The notes under the pieces are model-generated. The model saw nothing but the letters and a program-made list of their open reading frames with translations. It was not told the origin of the DNA and did no database searches. A stretch of 64,000 nucleotides of DNA from Pocillopora damicornis (lineage: Eukaryota): assembly GCF_003704095.1 (NCBI RefSeq), contig NW_020845300.1:1054001-1118000 (forward strand), given 5' to 3'. Both the position numbers and the translations under genes were made by a program. This document shows, one piece after another, positions 25,401-36,452 of the stretch; position 1 is the first letter of the stretch, and every line of letters begins with the position of its first letter.

Positions 25401-27510
25401 GAAATCCAACTCATGATCGAACAATGACTTCCAAAAAGGAGAAGTGGACAAAATACCGGAAATATAGTGTAGCTCCTTTAAATGCTTGTCACATTTCACT
25501 TTGAATTTTACAGATTTGAAAGTCTTCATTTTAAATGGGACAGCTGATAGATCTCAAAATACGGATAGTGTTGTAATTTTGCTATATGTTTTGAATCCTT
25601 TACAGCATATCCATCAGCAATGGGCCGTCATTAGCACTGGTTGACACAGTTCAAAAGAAACTTATTACTTTGTTGTCAGCTCAAGACATGTCTGGTAAGG
25701 AAATCTTCTGAGTCATATAATGTTTACGATATTATTGAGAACACAAAATGGTTTTCACTTCCTGTGGTAAGATTTTATCAGTCTGTGTCTTTTCCCACCT
25801 TTTTTTTTGTTTTGTTTGTTTATTTTTTCGATATTTTGTTTGTTTGTCGAAAAAAGCTACGAGCTTGTATACGCTGAGAGGAGGCCGCTTGCCGAGCGCT
25901 TGGTCCTTCGCTATTGTTCTGCGTTCGAGAAATAAGTCGTTTCCTCGCAACTGTGCATCGAGGTCCTTGAAAAATTTTTTGAGCGTCTCGAAAGTCGCTT
26001 TTCGATTCTCGAAACTTGAGCGTCGTAAGTCACGAATCGGGTATCGGGATAAGACTGTCAGCTTACCTTTGATCGGTACTGTATGTCTTTTTGTAAAAGT
26101 TATTTTTAATTTTTTCTGTTGTTGAGAAAGCTACGAGCTCATAACTACTGGGAGACCCGTCTACTGCTCAGTACATGTTATTTGCCCCTTGCATTATAGT
26201 TTCCTTCTTAGGCCTGGTTTGGTCGCGTCTCGCAGTGAGAGGAAAATTAGATTCAGGTTTGGGAGGACAGTATGCTGCTTTGGTTTGTCTTAACACTACC
26301 AATGGCGATATTCCTCAGCCTGACATGCTACATGGGCCAATGAACATCTATGTATACTTATCTTTTTTTTTTCTTTTTTTTTTTTTTTTTTTTTTCAGCT
26401 GTGACAGAATCGCCATCGTCATCTGCCAATTCTGTTACAACTCCTGTGACAACTGGCACCCCCATTACATTTACCATGAACACTGATGGTTCAGGGGGGG
26501 AATTCCACGTAGATCTTAGTTCAAAATCAGAGAAAAGGAAGAGCCGTCCTCCTCGCCCACCTCCCCTGGCGAGGCGGCTCAGCAAGCCTGGTGGTGACGG
26601 ACAGGGCGAAAGTGATGCTGTCGATGGGATTCGACAAAGATCAAGTAGTGTTGCGAACATGGATAGTGGCCCCCCTGACAGCATCAGCTGTGTGCGCTTT
26701 GCGTGCACTTTTACCAGAAAGAATGGTAAGTAGAAAACTAAACGGACAAGGTTCTCAAACAAAAATTTATAATGGTAATACGACTGAGTGGAGGTTAATT
26801 GAGCCTTCTTAAGAGCCATTCCTTGGGTCATTTTGTGGTAAACTGCGGATGTTTAGCCAGAAATTCTTGACGCTTGCCGTCCCTTCTTAGCACTTCGAGA
26901 TATACGCACGGTTCATTTTTGACGAAAGATATTCCTGCTCAACGATGATATACAGAAACAATAGAGTATATGTTCGCAAGCGTCATAATTTTTTTGGGCC
27001 CAACTCAAAGTCATTTTAGGCGGAACTGCTGACCGAGGGTTAAAATGATCTCCGGGTCGGGCCCCAGAAAATATATGTGCCAAGAACACAAACTGTATTG
27101 CTATTGTTATCACTTTGGAGGGCATTAGAAAATAAAAACTGGTAAAAATGACGACAAAACAGTCTGAACAATCGCGAAAGCGTGCGAGCGTATTTTAACT
27201 GGAAACTGGAAAAAAAGGAATGGAATCGTTTAAAAAAATAGTTGGTAATTTAGTGTTAACAACGGAGTTGAAAGCGTAAATTGACCACCGTAAAGAGTAA
27301 AAAAGCTGACGTTTCGGGCGTTATCCCTTCGTCAGAGCGATTGACGTTTCGAGCATTAGCTCATCAACCTGAGTATTAGCTGACGTTTCGAGCATTAGCC
27401 CCACGTCAATCGCTCTGACGAAGGGCTAACGCCCGAAACGCCAGTTTTTTTACTCTTTACGGTGGCCAATTTACCCAGTTGTTAACACTAAATTATCTCT
27501 TATACTCTCT

Positions 27511-27553
<43 letters not shown>

Positions 27554-30500
27554 ATTCGTTTAAAATAATAGTTGACCTAGCCTCGATCGTGTCTCCGAGA
27601 CTGAGAGAACACTTTCGCTTACAGCGAGGTAACAAGAACCAGTTATAATGAAGAGTGCTGTATTTTCGGCCTTTTTAAATACGTTAATATTCTTTTTTGT
27701 TTTTGTAGACAATTTGATCAGCCCCTGTCTGTGGGTTGGAACAGCCCTCGGAAATGTTTTTGTTGTTGTTTTGAACTTGCCCGTTGGAGATCAGAGAGAG
27801 TCACAGCCGGTATTAACAATTACAACAGGTAACAGAATATTCTGTACTGAAATAAAAGCCTAAAGGGATGCACTCGTACGTGGCCCATACGTTGGCCATC
27901 AGGCGTCATTGCCATTTTCACAACAAGATTCCATGTTGAAGTGTGTCTGTTCAGTAACAGGTCACAAATGACGTTACACTGCGGTAAGAACAACGGTGAC
28001 CTCATCTGTGCGTCAGTTCTCCAATAGATCATTCTTAAGAACCAAGGCGTGTACCAATCAGCTAATCATTTCATTGAGATTGCGATGAGATTACAATACG
28101 CATGCGTAGTCCTTATTAACCATTCTCCATTCTTCTGCAGGAACGCTATGTCAGCCTAAAGCCGGTATGATCCTGAGCATAGATATACTGGATGGCCAAG
28201 GACATCTCTTTCCATCACCATTTCATTTCTGGAAGGAAAACGATTCACACCATAATAAGAGTAAGAGTTGGAATTATTCTGCTTTTTACTTCCGTAAACC
28301 GTGACGTTCTGACAGGCTCCTTATCTAGTGCTTCAGATTTTCGAATAAGCCTTTCTCCAGCGTACTCCCGAAACATATACTACAAAATTTGAACATAAGA
28401 AAAATGAAATGCTACAGTATGCCACACTTATACTTTCCGGATGTTATTCGATTGGGTTTAAAAGTTTATTCATGAAAGAGATTTTTCAAAGCCTGCTTTA
28501 GTGTTTGTAGAGAAACATTTTATCCTAATTCATACAGTAGTTATAGTGCGTTCCACTTCGCTGTAATTGTTTCGTTGCATTGCATCGTGGCTACTTTTGA
28601 GTGTGGGAAATGGAAGGAATGCATTATTGGTTTGGGAACACATTATCTTGAAAGTTTTATCTTTCGTATAGAAAAGTGTATGAAGCCTGGACTTCAAAAG
28701 TTACCGTAATTACTCTTCTTTACCACTAGGAAACTCTTTGTTAACAAGAGAAGTTTTCGATAGGCATTTTGTTGCTATCTGTACAGAAAGAGAAGCCAAG
28801 GTTAGTACTGGTATATTTTAAAAAAATGTCAACAGTTCAGTAGACTCTTTCGCTTTGAAGTTGCATCTTACATTTTTTTAGTATAATATTGAAGCGGTTG
28901 CCACTATAGATCATTCAAGGAATGTCACGTTTCTTTTAATGTTAGCGGAGATGATTCAATGTGCCCTCATACGAATATTGGCGCAATTATATAGATATTA
29001 ATCCCAACCATTACAATTTTTCCAAATTTGATTGATGCATTAGCTGCTTTATTTTTCACTTATTATTCTGCAGAGTTGTAATCGGACAGTGTAATCGGAC
29101 CGTGGGCAGTAATCGGATAGTCAAAGCAGCCAATCTTACTAAGTCCACTCAGCTAAATTCACTAATCACAAAATTGATCTCAACAACCGTAGTAACAACC
29201 ACTTACTCTAAAGTTGCAATTGATATTTCGTGAAAAGTTTGCTGTGTTGCTGCAGACGTTTGGGAAGTGAAGCTTGATTCCGACTCAAGCAATGCCTGTT
29301 CCTTTAAAAACGTTCTAAGAAAGCTTTGTCTTAAGAGTGCTAAACTGGACTATGCTTAATGCAACTCAGTTGTGGCGCATCAAAAGGGCGAGACAGCGGG
29401 CAGGAGAATCGGCTAGCAAAAACAATTTTTACCTAGTTTTCTGCTTGTAGATACTTCACTTAACAGTTATTGTCACACAATGTTCCCTAGTGGCCTGCGT
29501 AGAAGTTTTTAGGGACCCATATTCGTAACGTCTTCGAAGGAGGAAACCAAGCCACAGTATCTTAGAATTAGTTGTTGGCGGGAGGAAATATTATCCTTTG
29601 TTTAATCTTCAGGTTTACTCTTTACCCACGTCACATACGAATCCAAAAAGTTTCTCTGAGGCAAATCTAGTCGAGGACTTGGCAGTGTTACTCAAAGCAG
29701 CGGCTGTTGTTGTTCAAGGTAAGTGAGAGTTTTGTGCAAAGTTGTTTTATCAAGTCAGGTTATTCAATCTTATTACTTGCTGGTGTAGTTACACGTGGCG
29801 CTTTGAAGCCTTTTTGAGAGAAGCAATAGATCCTCGGATACCTTTCTGTAATCTTGAATAGAAGACAGTGGTTATAAGGCCTTCGCTGCCGCGAAAAGGA
29901 ACTTTTCTTTCCCCTCCAAATTCACCTCGTTTCGTCTCTGCATATTTCAAATTTTTTCTGGTTTTACGTGGACTTGTTTCAATGTATCACTGCTATTTAA
30001 CCTTGAATATAGCGAACTATTCGTCATATCAAACCATAGCTGCTGGAGGCTTGACGTCTTGCCCTCTACCTTTTTTTTTTATCAAAGGTAGCAGCTGCTT
30101 ATTGTGTCTGAACAGTCTTGGAAAGCTGCTTGCTCTGAGTCTGCCCAACCTGTCACCGCTTATGGACGTGGAGTGTTCGTTTCTTATGAAAGATTACAGG
30201 TAGGTCTGGTGCTGTAAGACTGCGTGCGTGCGTGGATGCTTGCAGATGTATAATCGAGCGTGCTACCTCGTATAGTACTGCAGGTCAGGCCTGGCGTTTA
30301 GAGCCACTGTGACCTTGCGTATTTACAAGTGAGATAGAACATCCATGTAACACTATGATGGACTACAAAATAGATTTGGTGCTAGGAACTCATGTAAGAG
30401 TAGGTGTCAACGCGTGCGCTTGTGGGCAATTTTTTTGTAGCATGTCAAGCTACAGGACTCTTCGCGGGCTCGCAAGTTTTTCTGTAGTATACCGTAGAAT

Positions 30501-32174
30501 GTACCATTGAATGTTCTTTTAATATTTTAAATACAAGCTTACACTTGTTTTATTTTGTTTCAAGATTTCTTAGGACGCTTGTGTTCTCTGAGGACGCTCA
30601 AGCAGTCATTTTGTGCTCCCCGTTTGAAATTCAAAGGCTCTCGATGTTTGCCAGACCAGGGTGAGTGTTAAGGTTTGAACAGATCAGCCTGGTTATAACC
30701 TGAGTGCTGAGTTAGGCTCAAAGTGTTTGCCCTTGGTTCTCGTGGTCCATGAACAAGAGTTGTGGCAGCTGCTAGTATAGAACCATTCTACACTTGGATG
30801 TGAGCTATATCATTTTGATATTCCTATTTCTTGTTTGTTTGGGGGAAAAAATGATCCTAGTGAATGGCAACGGGTTAGTAAGCCAAGTGACGTAGCCGAG
30901 GGTCTCATAGTTGTTAGCTCTGCGTAAGTTTCTTGATTTAAAATTTGGTTTAATGCAATGAGAAAATCGCTCGACTTCAGATGAAAGTGAGAAGGAAAAC
31001 AGGAGTTTGGTGATATTGTAACTGGAGGCTACTTATTGATCAATTGTGGGAGTTTGAATAGGCTTCCTGTGAATCCAGTTCAGTAATCATTTTGTATCTT
31101 TTCCAGAATGTTAACAGAAAATCAGGGTTCGTTGTTCCGTGCCATGGAGACACCCGAACCCCCAAGTAAAGGTTTCTTCAGCAGCTTATTCAGCACTGCT
31201 GTATCACCTCTTGATAGAGAACAGCTCTGTAAGTATTTCACATCCACGACATTCAAGGTTGTTGAATGTTGAGGAATGTAAAATTCATCGGTCATAAGCG
31301 TGACACGAAGAAAACATTTGAGTTTCTCCAATGGCACCTGTTAACTCAATATTACGGGTTGGTTACTTTACTACTAGAGATCGGTAGCCTTATGGGCTAT
31401 ATCATGCACTTATTGAATGAGTGGGTAGGCCAACACGGGAGATATTTAGCTCGAGATCATGACGTACATTATGTCGTTAAACTCTTTAATTTCCTTATAT
31501 GGAGTGTCGATTCTGTAGACGAGTAATAGAGAAAGAGAACCTACTTTTTATTTCTCACCAGTTGGAACAGCCAGCGGGAGTGCGTCCCGCAGTTTGACCA
31601 ATCGCTTCCATGGGCCAGGAATGGAAAAACTGCAGGAAACGTCTAGTGGATTGGCTGGTGTTCTGGCTAAAAACAAACAGGTTTGTATGAGATAGGGAGG
31701 CAATGATGGATCAGTAGTTGTAGCATGGAATTTATTTGGGAAAGACGTAACTTACCACTTGAAACAAGAACAGGTACAGAGAAAATAGGGTGTATTCTTC
31801 CACCCGCTTCTTAGTGATATTAGAAGTTGTACGTTTACGAGGAAGGAACCAAGAGATCCTGTTGAAAGACCGTGGCAGATAGGATGAGATCCGGTTGTAA
31901 GGCAATCCCCTAATGACTGCACATTAGGAAATCTAATCCCTCGCGACACTGATAAGAGGCGAAAGCTCTCATCCCCTCCACTCTCTTACGATGACTCTTT
32001 CTCCGTTTACCCTTTTTAATACCTTCCGTTTTCCAGGCTCTTACAGAGCGGGGTGAGAAGCTTTCTGATCTCGAGATGAAGACTGCTGAGATGAATGTGC
32101 GAGCTAAGGCCTTCGCGGACGCTGCTCACCAACTGTCACTCAAATATAAGGACAAGAAATGGTATCAAGTCTAA
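13482..32174 (+). CDS. STXBP5: Tomosyn / syntaxin-binding protein 5 (WD40/Lgl-type body with C-terminal R-SNARE), 27 coding exons
   Basis: Exons 13482-13625, 13734-13831, 14476-14557, 15545-15645, 16418-16552, 17238-17301, 18032-18115, 18574-18697, 19092-19158, 19775-19920, 20600-20678, 21443-21605, 22494-22564, 23315-23355, 23817-24076, 24787-25052, 25606-25694, 26399-26725, 27709-27828, 28141-28260, 28730-28800, 29613-29718, 30088-30199, 30565-30660, 31107-31228, 31562-31680, 32037-32174. Motifs YGFPYQPTCIAYDPVQ, WLYVGTEKGNIH, IHESPVTC, ITGHSDGSIKFW, PEPPSKGFF, LDREQLFG; R-SNARE ALTERGEKLSDLE...KYKDKKWYQV*. Confidence 0.95.
13832..14475 (+). other. U12-type (minor spliceosome) GT-AG intron, tomosyn intron 2
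   Basis: 5' site GTATCCTTA; branch site TCCTTGAC at 14454-14461, about 15 nt from the AG; no polypyrimidine tract; the frame joins as SLRL|LGRAGV. Confidence 0.9.
16070..16268. mobile_element. piggyBac-like MITE (TTAA family)
   Basis: ttaa|cccttaacttcc...gggagttaaagaa|ttaa. Partial copies also at ~15236-15397, ~18230-18310, ~19175-19290 and ~20980-21060. Confidence 0.7.
16709..17075. repeat. Foldback of two inverted copies of a tRNA-related (SINE-like) repeat
   Basis: Arms ~16709-16824 and ~16852-16960 are reverse complements. A-box-like tggctcagtggtagag at 17053-17068. Same family at ~21770-21990 and ~48915-49050 (aggaattgaacctc, B box on the minus strand). Confidence 0.65.
26204..26349 (+). 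ncRNA. Candidate intronic H/ACA-type small RNA (second, degenerate copy at ~23647-23765)
   Basis: Hairpin 26204-26266, then ACAGTA (ANANNA H box) at 26267-26272, hairpin 26280-26340, and ACA at 26344-26346. A 30-nt stretch is identical to 23684-23713. Confidence 0.35.
27246..27555. mobile_element. Inverted pair of Penelope-type terminal repeats carrying minimal type I hammerhead ribozymes
   Basis: Arms 27246-27347 and 27403-27495 are reverse complements; hammerhead motifs at 27305-27338 (-) and 27412-27445 (+). Confidence 0.8.
27305..27338 (-). ncRNA. Minimal type I hammerhead ribozyme motif with an intact core
   Basis: Minus strand GCT CTGACGA A GGG-ataacg-CCC GAAA C GTC AGC: stem I GCT/AGC, CUGANGA and GAAA boxes, palindromic ACGU helix III, GUC cleavage triplet. 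Confidence 0.7.
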
Positions 32175-34688
32175 GAATGCCCTCGCGTGTTTTTCACGCG
32201 CTCGTCCGTGTTCGTCACGTGGCTACATAGCAGTGATGCTGACCTTTGGATGACATTAGAAATTATTTCCCTGCGCATGTTGGAGGCATAAATGTTGATA
32301 GATGATTGCATGAATACAAAGAAATCGAATTCTTTGCGGCGCCTGGAGAGTTCGATTGAAATAGAATTTACACACGTGCGTAAATAATTGTTAACCTCTT
32401 TCGAGTTATCGGGCAAGGAGAGAAGCAGAAGACTCGCTTTAGAAATATTCAAACCATTAAGAAAATTATTTAAATGAATAATTAATCGTGTATTTTTGTA
32501 GTGTTTAAAGATATAAAAGGGTTGTAAGCATTTTCATCAGTTTTTAGTCAACAGAGTAAACTTCTTGGGGCATCGTCCGAATTTTGTCATTGGTATGAAA
32601 AACTGAGAAAAGGTGTTGAAATAGAGTACCAGATATTCAAAATTACAAGTAAACAAAGATTAGCGCAAGAAATCCTCGTTTTTGCCACATTATTGGTGGA
32701 ATGTCTTCCCCAGTTGTAAGCCATTTGTCTGTGACAGTTTTTGCAATCTACGGTACTTGGCATCACAGTTTCAACGCCAGTTTCGAGCAGTTTTTATTTT
32801 AGTGGTCAATGTTCGATATGTACGAAGACTGTTCTGTAAGAACTTGAATTCATTTGTGGAAACTGCCTGTAATTGATTTTGTTTTGCAAGCATACGTTCC
32901 TGGATTGAGGCTTGAAATACTTTCCAGAAAGTCCTGCGAAAAAAATCCCTTTTTATCTGCTTTCTTGAGGCGTGATAAAGAATTTCGATGCATAAGATAA
33001 ATTATTTCCCACCCGTTTATTGTATCTTCCTGATTTCCTTCAATTTCCTGCAATGGAAATTTATCCGTTGTGTCTGGTAGTTTTTCCGCCACGTTCCGAT
33101 CGATTACCGAACTAATCATCGTGCTTCTTTCGACTCCCATTGATAGAAGTTCCTGGACAAACAGCTCCTAATCGGATAGTTCTTCAGTTTGCATTTAACG
33201 TTGAGAAATATGAAATATCAGCTTTGTTAAAAATCAGTTACATGACTGTGTACCATGCTCTTGGTGTACGATCTGTAATATTGGTTTTCAGTCCTAGAGA
33301 CGTTTTCTAGATAGGCGTGTAACATCCTCAACGCACAAATAACAAGTAATCGTTAAATTTATAGATTGGGGTAATATTTGTTTACCTATTGCTGCACGTC
33401 GCTTCATCGTATCAAAATTTTCAGGTATGTTTCCACAGTGAGGCCACAAACGGACCGTTTGTTTCTTTGGACTTCGAGTAGCGTCGCTCTATCTGCACTT
33501 AAATGGGTGTCCGTTACCAAACCCTTGAAATCGCTCGAATTCGCCGTCTTCTGCCACAGAAACGTCACATAAAACGATTTGGGTAAAGTACATTTATGTT
33601 GATGTTAGATGAGAATATTCGTCACAATATAAAGCGCCAATATGAAGCTTTATTGTGTTCAGTTCGCATACACTTTCTTCAGGATCAAATCTAAAAACAG
33701 TTACACTGTTTATGTGGGTGCTCTGTTATAATTCATCCGAAACTAGAGCGGAAGATAGAGAACCTAAGCGTGACATACACATCCTAAATTGTACCCTCCT
33801 TGATGTAGATCGAAATACTGTTAACCCTTTTAATGTTGCATTTAATAATGCTTAAAGTGCATGACGACCATACGTACATCTGGACATATTGTAACTTGCA
33901 TTTCTCGACAAGACAAAGTGCTGTAATTCCAGAACTCCAACGTAACATTTAGCCATGAATCAAAAGCTCTTATCTACCCTCGTCAACTGGACCTACAAAT
34001 GTAGAACGAACTTTCTGCTGTTAAAGTGATTTCTTTGTAAAGCTTTTAATCTTTATACCGATGCAAAAGCTCCATGCACCAGAACGTATCTACGACAATT
34101 TACAACATTGTCTATTGTTATATACATGTACATGACTTTATTATTAGCCATTAAAAAGCGCAAAATTTTTCAGTAAGGAAAAGAAATGATTTCGTTCTAG
34201 TTATGGATTATAGTAATTGGTTATAACGATACAGATCAAAATTGTTTTTCTAAGAGATATTGAACAACGATATTTTGACAAGAAATCGGTGAGATTTGTG
34301 ATAAAAAAATTATACACTATTTACACATTCTTTTGTCTCCCAAACGGCGCTGAAAGAGACTGCAATCATATAATCTCATATTTGAACCAACTTTCCATCT
34401 CTGCTCTGAGGATACGAGCCATACCGACCGCTCTGCCCTCTTTTTTTTTTAGGGTCAGTAAGTGAAGCTTAACCCAATACAAAAGAACTTGTGTTTTATA
34501 ATAATAAAAAAAGCTTTTAAATCATTTAAGCTTACTTTGGCAAGCAGGAACGAAATGAGGAATAAATGTGACGCATAAATTCCTTTAAGTGTCTCAGAGG
34601 CAGAGTTCTCGAATTCCGTACACACTCAAATACCTCCCCCCCTCCCCTCCCCCTCTCCTTCACCCTTTCCCTGACTTAAAACTCTAAA

Positions 34689-34845
34689 TCAATCGCTCTG
34701 ACGGAGGGCTAACGCTCAAAACGTCGGCCTTTACACTCTTTACGTTGGCCAATGTACGTCTTCAACTCAGTTGTTAACACTAAATTACCTGTGATACTCT
34801 CCCACCGACGCAGCACTAGTTTCTTTCGAGACTTACCCCCTTTAT
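34689..34845 (+). mobile_element. Penelope-type terminal repeat with a mutated hammerhead core
   Basis: cgctctgacggagggctaacgctcaaaacgtcggc...ccgacgcagcac...acttaccccc; both catalytic boxes are altered. Confidence 0.7.
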
Positions 34846-35140
34846 CTAAGTAAAAAACATTGGGTAAAATAGTTATGTTACAAAAACTCCATGCAAATTA
34901 TTATATTTGTATTTGAAGGCCTTCAGTAGTTTCCTGTGTAAATTCTGTGGGTTCCTAAACCAAAGAATCTTGTACCGTTTAAAAGCTGGACGACATTTAG
35001 GCTGAGTTTTAGCAAGACAACTCCTATGGTTTTTCCCCCTTCTGTTGTAAGTTCCCCGTCTGAAAGAACTAGAAATTCGGGAGTAGGGATCAAGAGAGTA
35101 TCAGAGCATTTACGGGAAAATCGATAGTTTGGTGACATTA

Positions 35141-35487
35141 GGGAGTTAAAGAAAACCACGACGGCAACGACAAAACGTTTCATGAGCAGAACAATGGCTG
35201 TGCACGTGCGTAAAAATCTTTGTAAACTTCTTTGCGTCCTCAACAACAACAACAACGTGAAATGACCAAAGTTTGCCTTGTCTGTTGAATGTGAACGACG
35301 ACGGCTAACGTTTTGAATTTCTATCTCTAATTTAATGCTGTGTTCCATATTCAGTTTAGGGATAGTTTTGACGGCGAGAAAAAAAACTAAATGACTTACG
35401 AGTATTGCGAGATTCGTGGGTAAAATTTAAGTTCATTTCTTAACCGACGTTGTCCACGGCGTCGCCGTCGTCGTTTCTTAAACTCCC
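35141..35487. mobile_element. TA-flanked MITE, 347 bp
   Basis: TIR gggagttaaagaaaaccacgacggcaacg vs gggagtttaagaaacgacgacggcgacg (reverse complement); TA at 35139-35140 and 35488-35489. Confidence 0.8.
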
Positions 35488-36452
35488 TATTGATTAGATG
35501 CACGGTCACAATGAAAAACCGTGTACAGTCCTCGCAAACAGGCAACGAGAGCGGTACGAAAGTCCTTCAGCCTCCAGAAGAATATGAAAGGATTTATAGC
35601 AGCACTCAGCGTCGTGAAAGCTAGGGTGACTTTTACGGCTCGCTTAAAAGACGGCGAACTCGGCGACATTACGGCAGGTAGGATCATAATGGGCGCCCAA
35701 CAGAGCAGAGTGGCTACCAGTGTCATGGAAATCACTGTGGTGGACTTGTTCCAGACGAACAACACTTGCTGCTTAACAACGGGATACTGACGGGCAATCC
35801 TCCGCTGATGTTGCTGAGCGGCGCAATACATGGAAATGTGGAGAGAAGCGAGACCAATGACGATGACTGCGACGTAAACTACACTGAAAACAGGCCTGCT
35901 TGTCAGAAAGCTAAGCAGGGTGAGCAGTATTGCATTGAACCACTGAATAAAGAACGCGGACAGAACGACAAACCTCGTATTTGTCAAGGCAATATACTGG
36001 TAAGGGTAGAAGATGTTGATGAAGCGGTCCAGCGTGACGGTCAACTGACCGTTCAACGATGCCAAGAGAAGACAGAATCCAAGTCTGTAACGGACCTTCT
36101 CCATGACAGCACTAGATCCATGATTAATGTCGTAGATATACATCGGTTCGTAAACCGCACAGATGATGGTGTCTGTCACCGACATGCTGATCAAGAAAAC
36201 CGCCGTATATCTCTTTCGCAGCTCTCTCGTCAGAAGACCAGCGATCGTCAAGAGAACATTCGAGAGCGTTCCAATCATACATACAACGCAACTGAATGCT
36301 GTCAGGGACATCACTTCTATCAGTGTCATTCCATAGTGGTCAAAGTCACCCTTTTTTGCCAACGACGTATTATAAGTGTCGTGTCCGACGTGCATTTCGA
36401 ATGCCAGTTTTAGTGCGATTACACGAGTTGACCAAGTTAAGTGTGTTCGCAT
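35487..36452 (-). CDS. Class A (rhodopsin-like) orphan GPCR, single coding exon
   Basis: Seven hydrophobic segments: TM1 GTLSN, TM2 SMSVTD, TM3 LDRF, TM4 W, TM6 CWAP, TM7 INPFIF, helix 8 DFRTA. Splice acceptor ttccccag just before 36506. First ATG at 36452, alternative ATG at 36395 (MHVGHDTYNTS). Confidence 0.88.
   Translation of the reverse strand: MRTHLTWSTRVIALKLAFEMHVGHDTYNTSLAKKGDFDHYGMTLIEVMSLTAFSCVVCMIGTLSNVLLTIAGLLTRELRKRYTAVFLISMSVTDTIICAVYEPMYIYDINHGSSAVMEKVRYRLGFCLLLASLNGQLTVTLDRFINIFYPYQYIALTNTRFVVLSAFFIQWFNAILLTLLSFLTSRPVFSVVYVAVIVIGLASLHISMYCAAQQHQRRIARQYPVVKQQVLFVWNKSTTVISMTLVATLLCWAPIMILPAVMSPSSPSFKRAVKVTLAFTTLSAAINPFIFFWRLKDFRTALVACLRGLYTVFHCDRASNQ

Noticed and set aside
34923-35348. 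141-aa minus-strand ORF
   Set aside because: Starts inside the MITE; no protein-like motifs.
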